Assembly (NCBI RefSeq): GCF_964355755.1
Contig: NC_092679.1
Coordinates: 19,265,432-19,329,431, forward strand
Direction of reading: 5' to 3'
DNA: 64,000 nucleotides
Source of the DNA: Antedon mediterranea
Taxonomy: Eukaryota > Animalia > Echinodermata
The position numbers and the translations under genes were made by a program. Below, one piece after another: positions 48,901-59,408 of the stretch (the first letter of the stretch is position 1; each line of letters starts with the position of its first letter). Under the pieces are notes generated by a model. That model was not told the DNA's origin and ran no database searches. It saw nothing but the letters and a program-made list of their open reading frames with translations.

Positions 48901-51900
48901 GAGCTCTGTTGAGCCAGAATCCACAAACAATGCTGAATCAGCTGTTGAGATCACCCAAGAGTTGGACCATACCTGGGTTAATATACTAGGAACATCAGAA
49001 TCATGGCAGACAGTAGTCAACCAATTACATGATGTTACATCGCTATGCAGTTTGCTCTACACAAAACCACATCAGGTATGGTAAATCATAAAACCAGACA
49101 CTTGTGGGGCAAGTGGTTCTGATACTGCAAATTTGGTAACATTCCAATAAACTAATTCATTATGAAACACATCCTTAATATGGTTTTTGTGCTTAAAGAT
49201 GGCTAACTTTCTTTTTAGGAGGTTACTGCCAACATTGGAAGGGGTGACATGGTTGGCTGGACAGCAAGCCAGGATTATTCTGTAGGAATACAAACTCCAG
49301 AATCTCCTATTACACTCAAGACGTTGCTAAAAGGTGGAAGAGGTAATTAAAGATTTTAGACTTATTTTGACCACCATCCACATTTATACTTAATTAATTA
49401 TCTATAAAGAAATATTTTATATATTATTATTTGTGGAAAATCAATAAACAAACAAAAACAAAGTAAAAGATGTTCTGTTTTAATGAATGTTGCTATATTT
49501 TAGGCAAAGGAATATCCCTGAACCTCTATGCTTTACAATTATGTTTTCTTATACTTTTTAGATATTTTTGCCGAGTTGCTAGGCAAATGGGTGGTAAAAC
49601 ATGGTGTTTCACCTACGTATTTGTCCAATCACCACGCCTTTCAGAGATCATTCAGTACAGGCAGTGATGCAGAAACAGTTGCCATGGAGACAGATGCAAA
49701 TGATGATAAAGATGCAAATGATGATAAAGATGATGGACAAAATTGTCTTCAGAGTATGTTGTATTAATAAGTACTGTATTGTGTCTCTAACCAAACTGCA
49801 GGCAATTATGTGATGACATGATAGAGTGAATACCCAAGTTTAATTAATTTGTATGATACCTTTATTTTCTAATAGAATTGTTGGCAGACATTTTGAAGCG
49901 GCTGCCCCATAGTTTAGAACATGATACCATTCAAGCTCACTGTTGTTGGGAATATATTGTACAGTGGAATAAAGCCCCAGAGGTAGGTAAATGTAGATGT
50001 GGGAAAATGAGAGACCAAAATGTGTAGGCCTAGTGTACTTTTACTGTACAATACAGTGGAATAATAATCCAGATAGGCATAATTATGGTAACATAAGGAT
50101 GGGAAAGAAAGGAGAGAATTACTGTCACACTACAGTAAGTATGATCATAAGGAAGCATACTTATATAGAAATGAATATCATGAATATGATTATTTCTTAA
50201 CCTATATTATTTAAATTTACTAGTTCAGTCTCTTTTACTTGTTGTTTTAAGGCAACAGATATGTTGGCGCAAGGATTAGAACACCTCAAGATGTTACAAA
50301 ATGGAATTCTGAGACTAGGTAACCAATTTGTTAAAGCTCTGTCTACACTATCATTTTATCAAACTAGTTTGAAAAAAGTATGATGTGCCCAAATACGGTA
50401 GTGATATGGCCAAATATGGTAGTGATATGACATCATCATGTCAATATAATTATGGGCACATCATTTTTTTGTAACATAAAGTTTGATAGTGTTGTCACAT
50501 TTTTAGTACACATCTTTTGAGACACCCCTATTCAAGGGACACTTCCCTGTGAAGCAGAGGTAATTTCTGTTCCAAACACCATTAATTGCAACCCCTATTC
50601 AGGAGACACCCATATTTAAAAAAGACACTTTTTGGGTCCCAAAAATTGTCCCTTAAAAGAGGCTTTATAGATATAACACTGTTCATGTGTTCATTAAAGA
50701 CATTATTAATAGCTAAATATAGTTTTCATTATAACCAACACACATTCTATTTACAATTAGTTTGATAAAAAAAGTGTGATGTGCCCAAATACAGTAGTGA
50801 TATACCCAAATATGGTAGTTATATGACATCATAATGTCCATATATGGGTACATCACATTTCTTTGTCAAGTTTGATAATGTAGATAGATCTTAATAGTTG
50901 TCACATGCATGTGAATGTTCTTTTTTTTTTATAGGTGTGGCGACGCTAATGTGGAGCACGTTCCTTGCTAAGAGAGTGTCGGCTGGCGCTTACTTAATGG
51001 ATAAAGTTGGCAAGGCACCCAAAGATAGGCTTTGCAGGAAGGTATATCGTGTTTAGTTTCACTTTCTTCAGAAAAACATTTTAATAATTAAATTTAGGAT
51101 ATGTAAACACAATTTAAAGTTTAATATAGTCTCCTCCAACTTAAAAACAATTTTGTAAAATGTTATTGTTCAGTTATTTTTCATTCATTTAATATTTCAC
51201 TTTGTGTTTTGCTACTTTACATAACACCTTGAACAAACTTACTTAAGTCATACCAACCCAAATGTCATCAAATTTAAGGATTTTTTAATTAAAGCATTCA
51301 AATTTAGTATGAGTTTATGTGGAAGTTAGTTCTCTTACAGTAGCTAGCTTCTTATAATAATAATAATTAAAATTTCAGCCGAGAATTTAAACCTATATAC
51401 TTATTTGTCATTAAAATAAAATCATCTTTACAAAAAAAATGGCCGAAAAGTTTGTTCAATTGATACTGTACTCAAGCAAACATAACAAAGTAATTACATT
51501 TTTAATGTTGTTTTTATGTGCATATTTAGGAAATCGGACTAAGTGACAGCGCTTTTCAGAAGTTTATGGGGTCAGTTTGTGATCTGTTTGACATTATTCA
51601 GATGGTAAGTGCATTTCATAATTATATTATTATTTTTTAGCATAATTCTAATGTTTGACTCATGTGAAACTATCTTTTAATTAATTTTATGAGGAAAATT
51701 AAGTTTAAATACAATGAATACATATTTCTTAACAGTTTTGAACTACCTTATATATGTACAGTTCTATTCATAAAACACAGCATTGTGTACTGTATCTGTA
51801 TTGCATGTATGAAATGCCATGCGTGCCAAAATTATGTCTGTATACTCTAAATTTGAAACAACCAATCATTTGTGCTGTATCTTGACCTAGGTCGAAGGAA

Positions 51901-53743
51901 TCACCTAAACCACTAGTATTTCGAGTTGAGGATCTTTAACACAGCATTGTGTACTGTACCTGTGTTATGTGTATGAAATGCCATGTGTGCCAAAATTATG
52001 TCTTATTATTACAAAACCCCTGAATACTGTAATTTGAAACAAATAGTTTGTGTTGTTTCTTAACCTAGGTCGAAGGTGAATCACCTAAGCCACCAGTATT
52101 TCGAGTTGAGGATCTTTGGCAGGTGATTCAAGGCTCAACACCACTGATGGTCCTTGCAAGTTACCAACAGCCACCAAATCAACAACTCGTTATCGTTCAC
52201 AAACAGCTGTGTACGGTAATGCAGGCAGTAATGACGTTTATGCTTAAATCCGTAAAGCCTCTGCAGTATTTTGATGGTACAACGAAAAGCATGTTTTTCA
52301 GAGAGCTAGGTGGCTCTGCGCCGACCCCTGAAAAGAATATTAGTCTTGCATTGATGGAGAAACGGCAAGAGGTAATGTGTTTCAGATAGACAGATATCAG
52401 TATCTATAGAAAATTGTAGATTTTCAATATAAATAGTATATGGCTTTTATTTCATAAATTCCGTTCAAAGAACTATTATTAATGAAAATTATTTAAAAAC
52501 TATAACTGTAATTTCAATTATTATTTTATTATTTAAATTTTCTTTTAGTTTGTAAATAAACTTGTAATATCATCATTTACGAACACAACTCCAAATCATG
52601 AGGATGGCGCCAAAACACCGGAAGTGATTGCCGTCTCTCCATCAGTATCGTTCATGATTCGATTCCGAAAGTGTTCACCAGCAAGTGTGTGGCCAGCAGT
52701 TGCCCAACAACTAGCCCTTGTTTGGAATGTTGATGTTGATATGGTTAAGAGACATCATTCGTTGCAGCTGTACAGCTTGGGATATGACAAGCAGGCTGAG
52801 GAGGTATGTTGCGCTTTATACGTTAACCATCTCAAAGTGCAGTGGACCAGTAACACATCTCTTCTAAAGGGTTGTCGAGTTTCACACTAATACTCTTCCT
52901 AACGATACACTGGGTTATTTAAAGTGCACAGGAGACAGATGTGTACACTAGACCGCCAGTTTTAGGTCCTTATCTGAGAACAGTTGAACAAGATTTTGTG
53001 CCACTCGACTCTTAACGGTTCTTTTAAGTCAAGTACTGCCACCAAACGGTGCTCGTTTATCTTTTCACAATAAGGGCTGAGTACATTAGGGTACTGCCCT
53101 ACTCTTCCAAAACATACACTGGTTTATTTAAAGAACACAGGAGACAGATGTGTACACTGTACTGGACCTCCGGTTTTAAGTCCTTATCCGAGAAGACTAG
53201 ATTTTGTGCTGCTCAACTCAAAATTAAGTTCTTTCTTCTGTTCTTCATTCATTTATTCTTCATTTCTTCCTTCAATCATCCAGATTTTAAAATGTTCCTC
53301 GATTCATGTATACGGGTTGAATCTCTTTCTTTTTATTGACAGGTTTTAACAACAGTGAGTGAAAATACAGAAATAGCGATGCAACTGATGGAGGTCGTAG
53401 GTCAACGACTTCATTACATCGCCGTTGATCAAGCAAATGACGTTAGTGTAGAGAAACTGACATCAGTCCCTGCCAACCTCATGAGTTGGATTAAAACAAA
53501 GGTATGTTATTTCGACACATTACTGTAAAGCTCTACCAAACCAGTCTAATCTAAACAGAGGTAAATGTGTTATGTATGATTATTTTTTTTCTCTAGGATT
53601 CAAGTTTACTAAGGTGTCCAAATGTTCCTATAGTAGACACTGTTCAACTAATGGGGAAAGTGGTAGGACTGTTACCAGAACATCACAGTCTATACAACAA
53701 GGCTATCAGCTTAGTCGAGACATGTCATGCATTAGCTGAATAA
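39812..53743 (+). CDS. RAB3GAP2: Rab3 GTPase-activating protein non-catalytic subunit (28 exons, ~1457 aa)
   Basis: Recalled conserved motifs [110 protein letters not shown]. The 28 GT-AG exons total 4374 nt with consistent phases. Confidence 0.96.
40306..40361 (+). CDS. RAB3GAP2: RAB3GAP2 exon 2
   Basis: [12 protein letters not shown]. Confidence 0.85.
40594..40723 (+). CDS. RAB3GAP2: RAB3GAP2 exon 3
   Basis: [19 protein letters not shown]. Confidence 0.9.
41111..41192 (+). CDS. RAB3GAP2: RAB3GAP2 exon 4
   Basis: KWDPDE...GMLNQEEG. Confidence 0.88.
41309..41634 (+). CDS. RAB3GAP2: RAB3GAP2 exon 5
   Basis: [16 protein letters not shown]...LRACRNQ. Confidence 0.95.
41815..41913 (+). CDS. 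RAB3GAP2: RAB3GAP2 exon 6
   Basis: [13 protein letters not shown]. Confidence 0.92.
42211..42359 (+). CDS. RAB3GAP2: RAB3GAP2 exon 7
   Basis: [15 protein letters not shown]. Confidence 0.92.
42780..42859 (+). CDS. RAB3GAP2: RAB3GAP2 exon 8
   Basis: [22 protein letters not shown]. Confidence 0.92.
42982..43068 (+). CDS. RAB3GAP2: RAB3GAP2 exon 9
   Basis: GWWFRGK...[13 protein letters not shown]. Confidence 0.9.
43394..43533 (+). CDS. RAB3GAP2: RAB3GAP2 exon 10
   Basis: [21 protein letters not shown]. Confidence 0.93.
43717..43930 (+). CDS. RAB3GAP2: RAB3GAP2 exon 11
   Basis: YRDAQCGW...[24 protein letters not shown]. Confidence 0.95.
44082..44311 (+). CDS. RAB3GAP2: RAB3GAP2 exon 12
   Basis: [24 protein letters not shown]. 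Confidence 0.93.
44345..44541. mobile_element. MITE (TIR GAGCTTTCGATTTG); related inverted diverged copy at ~19070-19242
   Basis: AGCTTTCGATTTGTTA.GACTGACGAC...GTCGTCAGTTGTCAGTCCTAGCAAATCAAAAGCT. Confidence 0.65.
44735..44799 (+). CDS. RAB3GAP2: RAB3GAP2 exon 13
   Basis: [22 protein letters not shown]. Confidence 0.85.
44845..44912. mobile_element. MITE family A, internally deleted
   Basis: TAA|TIR...TIR|TAA, 68 bp. Confidence 0.8.
45030..45263 (+). CDS. RAB3GAP2: RAB3GAP2 exon 14
   Basis: [20 protein letters not shown]. Confidence 0.88.
45421..45562. mobile_element. MITE family A, diverged
   Basis: TIRs plus core. Confidence 0.75.
45640..45840 (-). mobile_element. tRNA-derived SINE or tRNA pseudogene head
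   Basis: TGGCTTGGTGG A-box and GGTTCAAGTCC B-box at tRNA spacing; acceptor stem and anticodon arm are imperfect. Confidence 0.65.
46023..46299 (+). CDS. RAB3GAP2: RAB3GAP2 exon 15
   Basis: Open frame between CTACAG acceptor and GTAAG donor; phases fit. Confidence 0.85.
46462..46559 (+). CDS. RAB3GAP2: RAB3GAP2 exon 16
   Basis: [11 protein letters not shown]...PIKDFL. Confidence 0.85.
46738..46893. mobile_element. MITE family A
   Basis: TIRs plus core. Confidence 0.87.
47685..47829. mobile_element. MITE family A
   Basis: TIRs plus core. Confidence 0.85.
48335..48586 (+). CDS. RAB3GAP2: RAB3GAP2 exon 17
   Basis: [11 protein letters not shown]...AAALVMSVV; donor could also be at 48592. Confidence 0.82.
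48655..48850. repeat. ~29-30-bp minisatellite, ~6 copies
   Basis: CTCCCTGGTGGTTCTAGGCTAGTTGCCTA. Confidence 0.9.
48878..49075 (+). CDS. RAB3GAP2: RAB3GAP2 exon 18
   Basis: [24 protein letters not shown]. Confidence 0.85.
49219..49342 (+). CDS. RAB3GAP2: RAB3GAP2 exon 19
   Basis: [11 protein letters not shown]; CTTTTTAG acceptor gives the correct frame. Confidence 0.82.
49562..49753 (+). CDS. RAB3GAP2: RAB3GAP2 exon 20
   Basis: [17 protein letters not shown]. Confidence 0.85.
49876..49982 (+). CDS. RAB3GAP2: RAB3GAP2 exon 21
   Basis: [24 protein letters not shown]. Confidence 0.93.
50252..50318 (+). CDS. RAB3GAP2: RAB3GAP2 exon 22
   Basis: [16 protein letters not shown]. Confidence 0.88.
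50335..50492. mobile_element. MITE family A
   Basis: Left TIR, core, truncated right TIR. Confidence 0.8.
50740..50891. mobile_element. MITE family A
   Basis: Core plus degenerate TIRs. Confidence 0.75.
50935..51041 (+). CDS. RAB3GAP2: RAB3GAP2 exon 23
   Basis: LMWSTF...[17 protein letters not shown]. Confidence 0.94.
51530..51604 (+). CDS. RAB3GAP2: RAB3GAP2 exon 24
   Basis: [20 protein letters not shown]. Confidence 0.9.
52069..52371 (+). CDS. RAB3GAP2: RAB3GAP2 exon 25
   Basis: [13 protein letters not shown]...[11 protein letters not shown]...FFREL. Confidence 0.92.
52549..52803 (+). CDS. RAB3GAP2: RAB3GAP2 exon 26
   Basis: [23 protein letters not shown]. Confidence 0.9.
52850..53222 (-). 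mobile_element. Two tandem SINE core fragments (Deu/Nin-like)
   Basis: Minus strand reads TCTTCTCGGATAAGGACTTAAAACCGGAGGTCC...GAAGAGTAGGG, duplicated. Confidence 0.65.
53343..53501 (+). CDS. RAB3GAP2: RAB3GAP2 exon 27
   Basis: [10 protein letters not shown]...[10 protein letters not shown]. Confidence 0.9.
53597..53743 (+). CDS. RAB3GAP2: RAB3GAP2 exon 28 (terminal)
   Basis: [21 protein letters not shown]...AE-stop. Confidence 0.9.
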   Translation, partial: DSSLLRCPNVPIVDTVQLMGKVVGLLPEHHSLYNKAISLVETCHALAE

Positions 53744-54109
53744 ATATTTGTTATGGTGATAAATTATATTAACTTAAATTTTTATCCAATAATTCTATAT
53801 GATTTAATATTGGAAGTCGTTTGGTCAATCTTGGTTTCTCTACAGTGTTACTTGTATCACATATGATACCTGTATCATATGATGTGGAGAGGATCACGTG
53901 ATCACAACTATTTATTATGATCTGTCGGAGATCAGAGGAGACTTCAGTAAGATCATGCAAATAAATTGAAGTCAAATAAAACTATAGATTTTCTTTTTCC
54001 AGACATTACAATAATAATAAAGAATAATTAAAAAAAAAAATGATTTACTCACTTTTTTATTTATCACTATTCACCAATACACAACTATAATTGAAGATTT
54101 TATGAATAC

Positions 54110-54395
54110 AAACCAGACCGGCCTCTATTCAACAGCCCAATAGAAAGTTCTCCCGGAACCTAAGATTTGACCAACAGACAGATCTCTATGCAAGATTCCT
54201 CTAAGAATTTACCAGTAGACCGGTATCTATTGAACAGCCCAATAGACAGTTCTCTCGAAACCTAAGATTTGACCAACAGACAGACCTCTATGCAAGATCC
54301 CTCTAAGAATTTACCAATATACCATTGGCCTATAAATGATATGTCCATATATAGACAGCTCTATACAAAAGCCATAAAAATTGACCAATATACAA
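54110..54395. repeat. ~103-bp tandem repeat, 2 copies plus a degenerate third
   Basis: AGACCGG..TCTATT.AACAGCCCAATAGA...AAGAATTTACCA. Confidence 0.8.
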
Positions 54396-55361
54396 TAGAT
54401 ATCACTTTATTATTGTAATTCTTTTATGTAACTGTTGTACTGTATTGAAATAATCACAAAGCCATTTTAATTAGCTAAGACCTAATCAACAGCAACAATA
54501 GCAATAGTTTAATGAATGCAATTGTTAGGCAGTGAAATACGAAGTCCAATTTATATTTGTTTAGCACCCTGTTCAGAAAAGTGCACCCTGACCCTTTAGG
54601 AAAAAATGTATTCAACAGGTTCTCACTACTTAAAATAATTAAGAATACATTTGCACAAGATTCTCAGAATGGCAGAATGTATTTCTGAAGATATCCTTTT
54701 TTTTAAATATGCCTGTATTTTTTTTTTTTTTATTCAATTTTATGCAAAATATGTCTACAGCAATAATGTTCAAATTATTTTACATTTCTGCAATTGGATA
54801 GCCTATAATTGCCAAGATATCTAGCTATAATCCAATTAGTGACATTTCTACATTTGACAAAACGTTTGTACGCAAAAAAGAATATTAAATGTTGCTAATA
54901 TCATCAGTTTATTTTCCAGAAATCTTAATACAATATTGAAATATTGGTAATTCAATTAAAGAGAAAAAATATATATGAAATCATTAGTACAAAATAGACA
55001 ATCTTATCAAAATCATTCAATAAATAGTAATAGACACAATAAAAAATATTTTCTTCATAAAAAAAACTCACAACCACAAATAGTGTGTCATCATAGACAC
55101 AAACTATATAACTATCTTCGAAAAATATTGCGCTTGTATCGGGTCTATATAATATGTTATAAACAACAAATAATTACACTGAAATTAATATTAATACTGT
55201 AGCTATTAACCGATTGAAGTCGCTCAAACCAAACTTTGAAAGAGTTTTTGTTTAGAATGAGATTGTTAAAAAGAAATGTGATCCAATTATTTTATCATTG
55301 CATAAAGAAAATATATCAAAATAGAGATATTTGATAAACAACCAATTACATGTAGAACTGT

Positions 55362-55502
55362 AAATCTCTGTCTACATCAAACTTTATGACAAAAAATGTA
55401 TATATATACATATGGACATATTACTACCAAAGACATATCACTACCATATATGGGCACATCACACTTTTTTTGTCAAACTAGTTTGATAGTGTAGACAGAG
55501 CT
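55362..55502. mobile_element. MITE family A
   Basis: TIRs plus core. Confidence 0.8.
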
Positions 55503-55920
55503 TAAATGATGACAGAGATCTGACAATTACAAGCACATTGTTGAAAACATTGGATCACAAATTCAATAAACATTGACATTCGATTAATTAGTAATAGTAT
55601 TGTTAAAAGTAAAAAAAAAAAGCACCGAAAAAATGTTATTGAAACCCAAAAGTCAGTAGGTAATGAGATCAAGTTAAAATAAAGATTTAAAGGTACTGTA
55701 GCAATTGTGACATCATGTAATTTGCATATTATGCATTATATTTAAATACAAAGTTACAAATAAAATGTAAAAATTAAAATGTTGAAAAATGTTAATTGGT
55801 TAGTTTCACAGCCTCAATAGAAATACATTGTGCATTACAGATATTCATAACATAAACAATTGATTTACATGTATTAGTGTTTAGTGTTTTCAACAAATCA
55901 GTTAAAACAAAATGCAAACC

Positions 55921-56069
55921 TAAATCTCTGTCTACACTATCAAACTTTAGGTGAAAGCAAAATTGTAATATGCCCACACACTGTATGGACATGATGATGT
56001 CATATCACTACCATATTTAGGCGCATTACACTTTTTCTGTCAACCTATTTTGATAGTGTAAACAGAGCT
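55921..56069. mobile_element. MITE family A
   Basis: TIRs plus core. Confidence 0.8.
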
Positions 56070-56631
56070 TTACAAAAGAAGAGGATAAATCCACTCATTT
56101 CAAACGCTGTGTTAACGGCACAGGCGATACTGTATGTGAATCAACATTAGGATTTTGGTTATGATCGTAAAAAGGATGGAATACTTTATCAAATCACAAA
56201 ATATACATAAAATCAATGAACACATTTACTAACTACAATTACAAGTAGGATGTATAAATGAAATCATCATAGCATACCACTGCATGTACAGACATTACAT
56301 ATAATTTGTTGCATTGATAGATAGATATACATAAAATTACACAAAAAAATAATATAGCACAATTATTGAAGAAAACTGATTTAATAAAGGATGATAGACA
56401 TATAAAATTACAAAAAAAATATTATTAAAGCAATTATAGAGGAAAACTAATTTACTAAGGGATATAAAAGCTAATTTTATTTTGGTCATACATCAATACT
56501 TTCGTTTCTCTCCCATTTGGGCAAGTTAGCTGCGGGTTTTACTAGCCCATTTCTTGTCAAGGTACTGCATACTGTACATGGGGGTGGGGAAAAGAACTAA
56601 AGGGGAAAATCCTAACTCAAATGTGTTTTTA

Positions 56632-56775
56632 AGCTCTGTCTACACTATCAAAACTTTATGTGACAAAAAAATGTGATGTACCCATGTATATAGACATGAT
56701 GATGTCATATCACTACCATATTTGGGCACATCATACTTTTTTTTGTCAAACTAGTTTGATAGTATAGATAGAGCT
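56632..56775. mobile_element. MITE family A
   Basis: TTA|TIR...TIR|TTA. Confidence 0.87.
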
Positions 56776-57019
56776 TTACTTCACTACATGTGATCTAATA
56801 GTACATAGTACTATCAACTCTCCCTGAGTGATTTTCACATTAATTTAAATGTACTGCATTGTAGCAGTTACAACATTACCCACAAGGAAACATCAATTTC
56901 CCTTTACATAAACCAGGTTAAACAGGCTAAATCAACGTCTATTGAACATATTGATACCAGAGCAGTCAGCCATATCACTTAATGTAAAAAAAAAACATAT
57001 CAATTGAAGTTTAACCTAA

Positions 57020-57188
57020 AGCTCTGTCCACACTATCAAACTAGTGAAACCATGATGTGCGCAAATATGGTAGTGATACAGTATGGCACATATAGTATAC
57101 AAATATAGTGATATGACATCATGTCCATATACAGTATGTGCACATCACATTTTTTTGTCACATAAAGATTGATAGTGTAGACAAAGCT
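57020..57188. mobile_element. MITE family A
   Basis: TAA|TIR...TIR|TAA. Confidence 0.82.
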
Positions 57189-58129
57189 TAACAATGTAAT
57201 AAGTACAGTACAGATCTTTTTAAATAGTTCCTCTTTTTCTGTTAATATTTATTTTCCTAATGGGTTTCCGATTTAAAATCAGAAGTAGTATTGTTATGTA
57301 ATATAATTATATAATTTGATTTCAGCAGGCCAAATAATACAAATTGCTCATTTTTTATAAATAATGTCATTCAACATACAGCTGCAGAATAATCATAATT
57401 GAGGAACATGTAACTATTGGATATATACAGTGCGAGTAATAAATGTGAAATTGAATTGACAGAGAAATGGTGCTATTGTCTGTCAGTACATTAATAACTT
57501 GAACTAAAAAATAATAATCTGTAGAGATAAAAATAATCTCATTAGTAGAAATCAGACTTTAGAAATATGAAAATAAAAAGAGACTAAAACTATATTTCAA
57601 ATCTATTAATCAATATTTTAACTATTAAACAATGTTGTATTGTAACAAAATGATATTTTTACTGAAATATCGAAATATATGGAATACTCAGGGGAAGTGT
57701 CTTGGAAAACTACGGGAAGTGTGAGCCTGGTGTTATCCCAGTATAATTATTATTCAGAACATTGTCATGAATATTCAGCACATTTTCATGAATATTAAAC
57801 ACATGGTCATGAATATTAAACACATTGTCAATGTCATGAATATTAAACACATTGTCATAAATATTCAAATCATTTAACCACTAGTAGATAATTTTCACAA
57901 TCATAATAATCATCTTTTAAATTATTAATTTTTGACCGGCAATACATTTTCGAAAATTTCGCTTTCAATCCAATTACCTTCATTATTTCAGAATAAATCT
58001 CAAATGCTATAAATAATTCTATTTCATACTAATATTGCAGATTTTTAATTATATTTATACAGATAACTTTTGAATATTTTTACTTCGCATTCAACTTGTG
58101 CTTACAGCCATAGACAATTAGTACATTAT

Positions 58130-58610
58130 AATGATGAATATTCAACACCATATCATGAATATTTAACACCATATCATGAATACTCAACGCCATATCATGA
58201 ATAGTCAACATCATATCATGAATAGTCAACATCATATCCTGATTATTCAACATCATATCATGAATATTCAACACCATATCATGAATAGTCAACACCATAT
58301 CATGAATATTCAACACTATATCATGAAGAGTCAACACCATATCATGAATAGTCAACATCATATCATGATTATTCAACCCCCTATCATAGATATTCAACAC
58401 CATTTCATAAATATTTAACATCATATCATGAATATTCAACACAATATCATGAATATTCAACACAATATCATGAATAGTCACCACCATATCATGAAGAGTC
58501 AACACCATATCATGAATAGTCAACACTACATCATGATTACTCAACCTCCTATCATAAATATTCAACACCATTTCATGAATATTCAGCACCAGATCATGAA
58601 TATTCAAAAA
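58130..58610. repeat. 21-bp minisatellite, ~23 diverged copies (related units at 57755-57875)
   Basis: ATCATGAATATTCAACACCAT. Confidence 0.92.
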
Positions 58611-59224
58611 CTAATCACACAGTAACATTCAATGTTTGACATATGGGTAGGGCATATTTTGTCCAGAAACACACTATCTGGTTGGTTATATGTGGACATA
58701 CATTATAGTGAATAAACTGTATTCACCATACTTGTAATAATAATTTGTAAATGAAAAATTACAGCAAGGTTGAATTTTTTTAATGAAAAACTACCAGCAT
58801 TTTTCGTCATTTCTTGCTTCAAAATATTTTTTTTTAAACTTACAAACTATTTCAAAGCGCTGAAATGTACCCGAAATAATTGATTATAGACCATTTATTT
58901 CATACCTCCTAAATGTTATTCTATTTAACCTGGTGTGATGTGAAAATGATGACCTAGTTTTGGTTAATGAACTTCAAATTTTGACTACAAGAATCACAAA
59001 CATCAGTCAACTTGTACTCTTACTTACTGACATATTACTATCGCTAAACTCAGTTTTTTACATCTAGTATGTTAATTTGTTATCACATGACAGATTAGAA
59101 ATCAACAGAGCATAACGATCATTTATGCAAGCTTTACAAACCAATGCGATTATCTAAATTTGAAAATTTGAGATCTTCATTTATATGAAAACTTCAATAA
59201 GCTGATTGGCTGAAGACATGATTT

Positions 59225-59408
59225 TCAGTCATAGATTTGCTGATAGCCGCCGATTGAAATTCTGCCTGAGAAAAGTAATGGTGGCGTGGTCCCAGGCATG
59301 ATGTACTGCCCCCCTGACGAGTAACTGTTGCTACGGATAATCGTCCCGTAGCCCAACTGCGGGGTCCCGTTTATCGATGTAGACGGTGAATGCATATCAG
59401 TAGAAAGG
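59225..59408 (-). CDS. GPR137: GPR137 terminal exon
   Basis: LSTDMHSP...GYGTIIRSNSY...GTTPPLLFSG...QQIYD-stop. Confidence 0.82.

Noticed and set aside
49286-49342. Alternative acceptor for RAB3GAP2 exon 19
   Set aside because: Gives the wrong frame and a stop; the 49219 start keeps the conserved KTLLKGGR frame
39933-53596. Intronic snoRNA or miRNA in RAB3GAP2
   Set aside because: No convincing C/D, H/ACA or pre-miRNA structure recognisable by eye; needs an Infernal/Rfam scan
58080-58625. (IHDMVLN)n heptad and His-rich ORFs
   Set aside because: Translation of a 21-bp minisatellite; no splice or homology support
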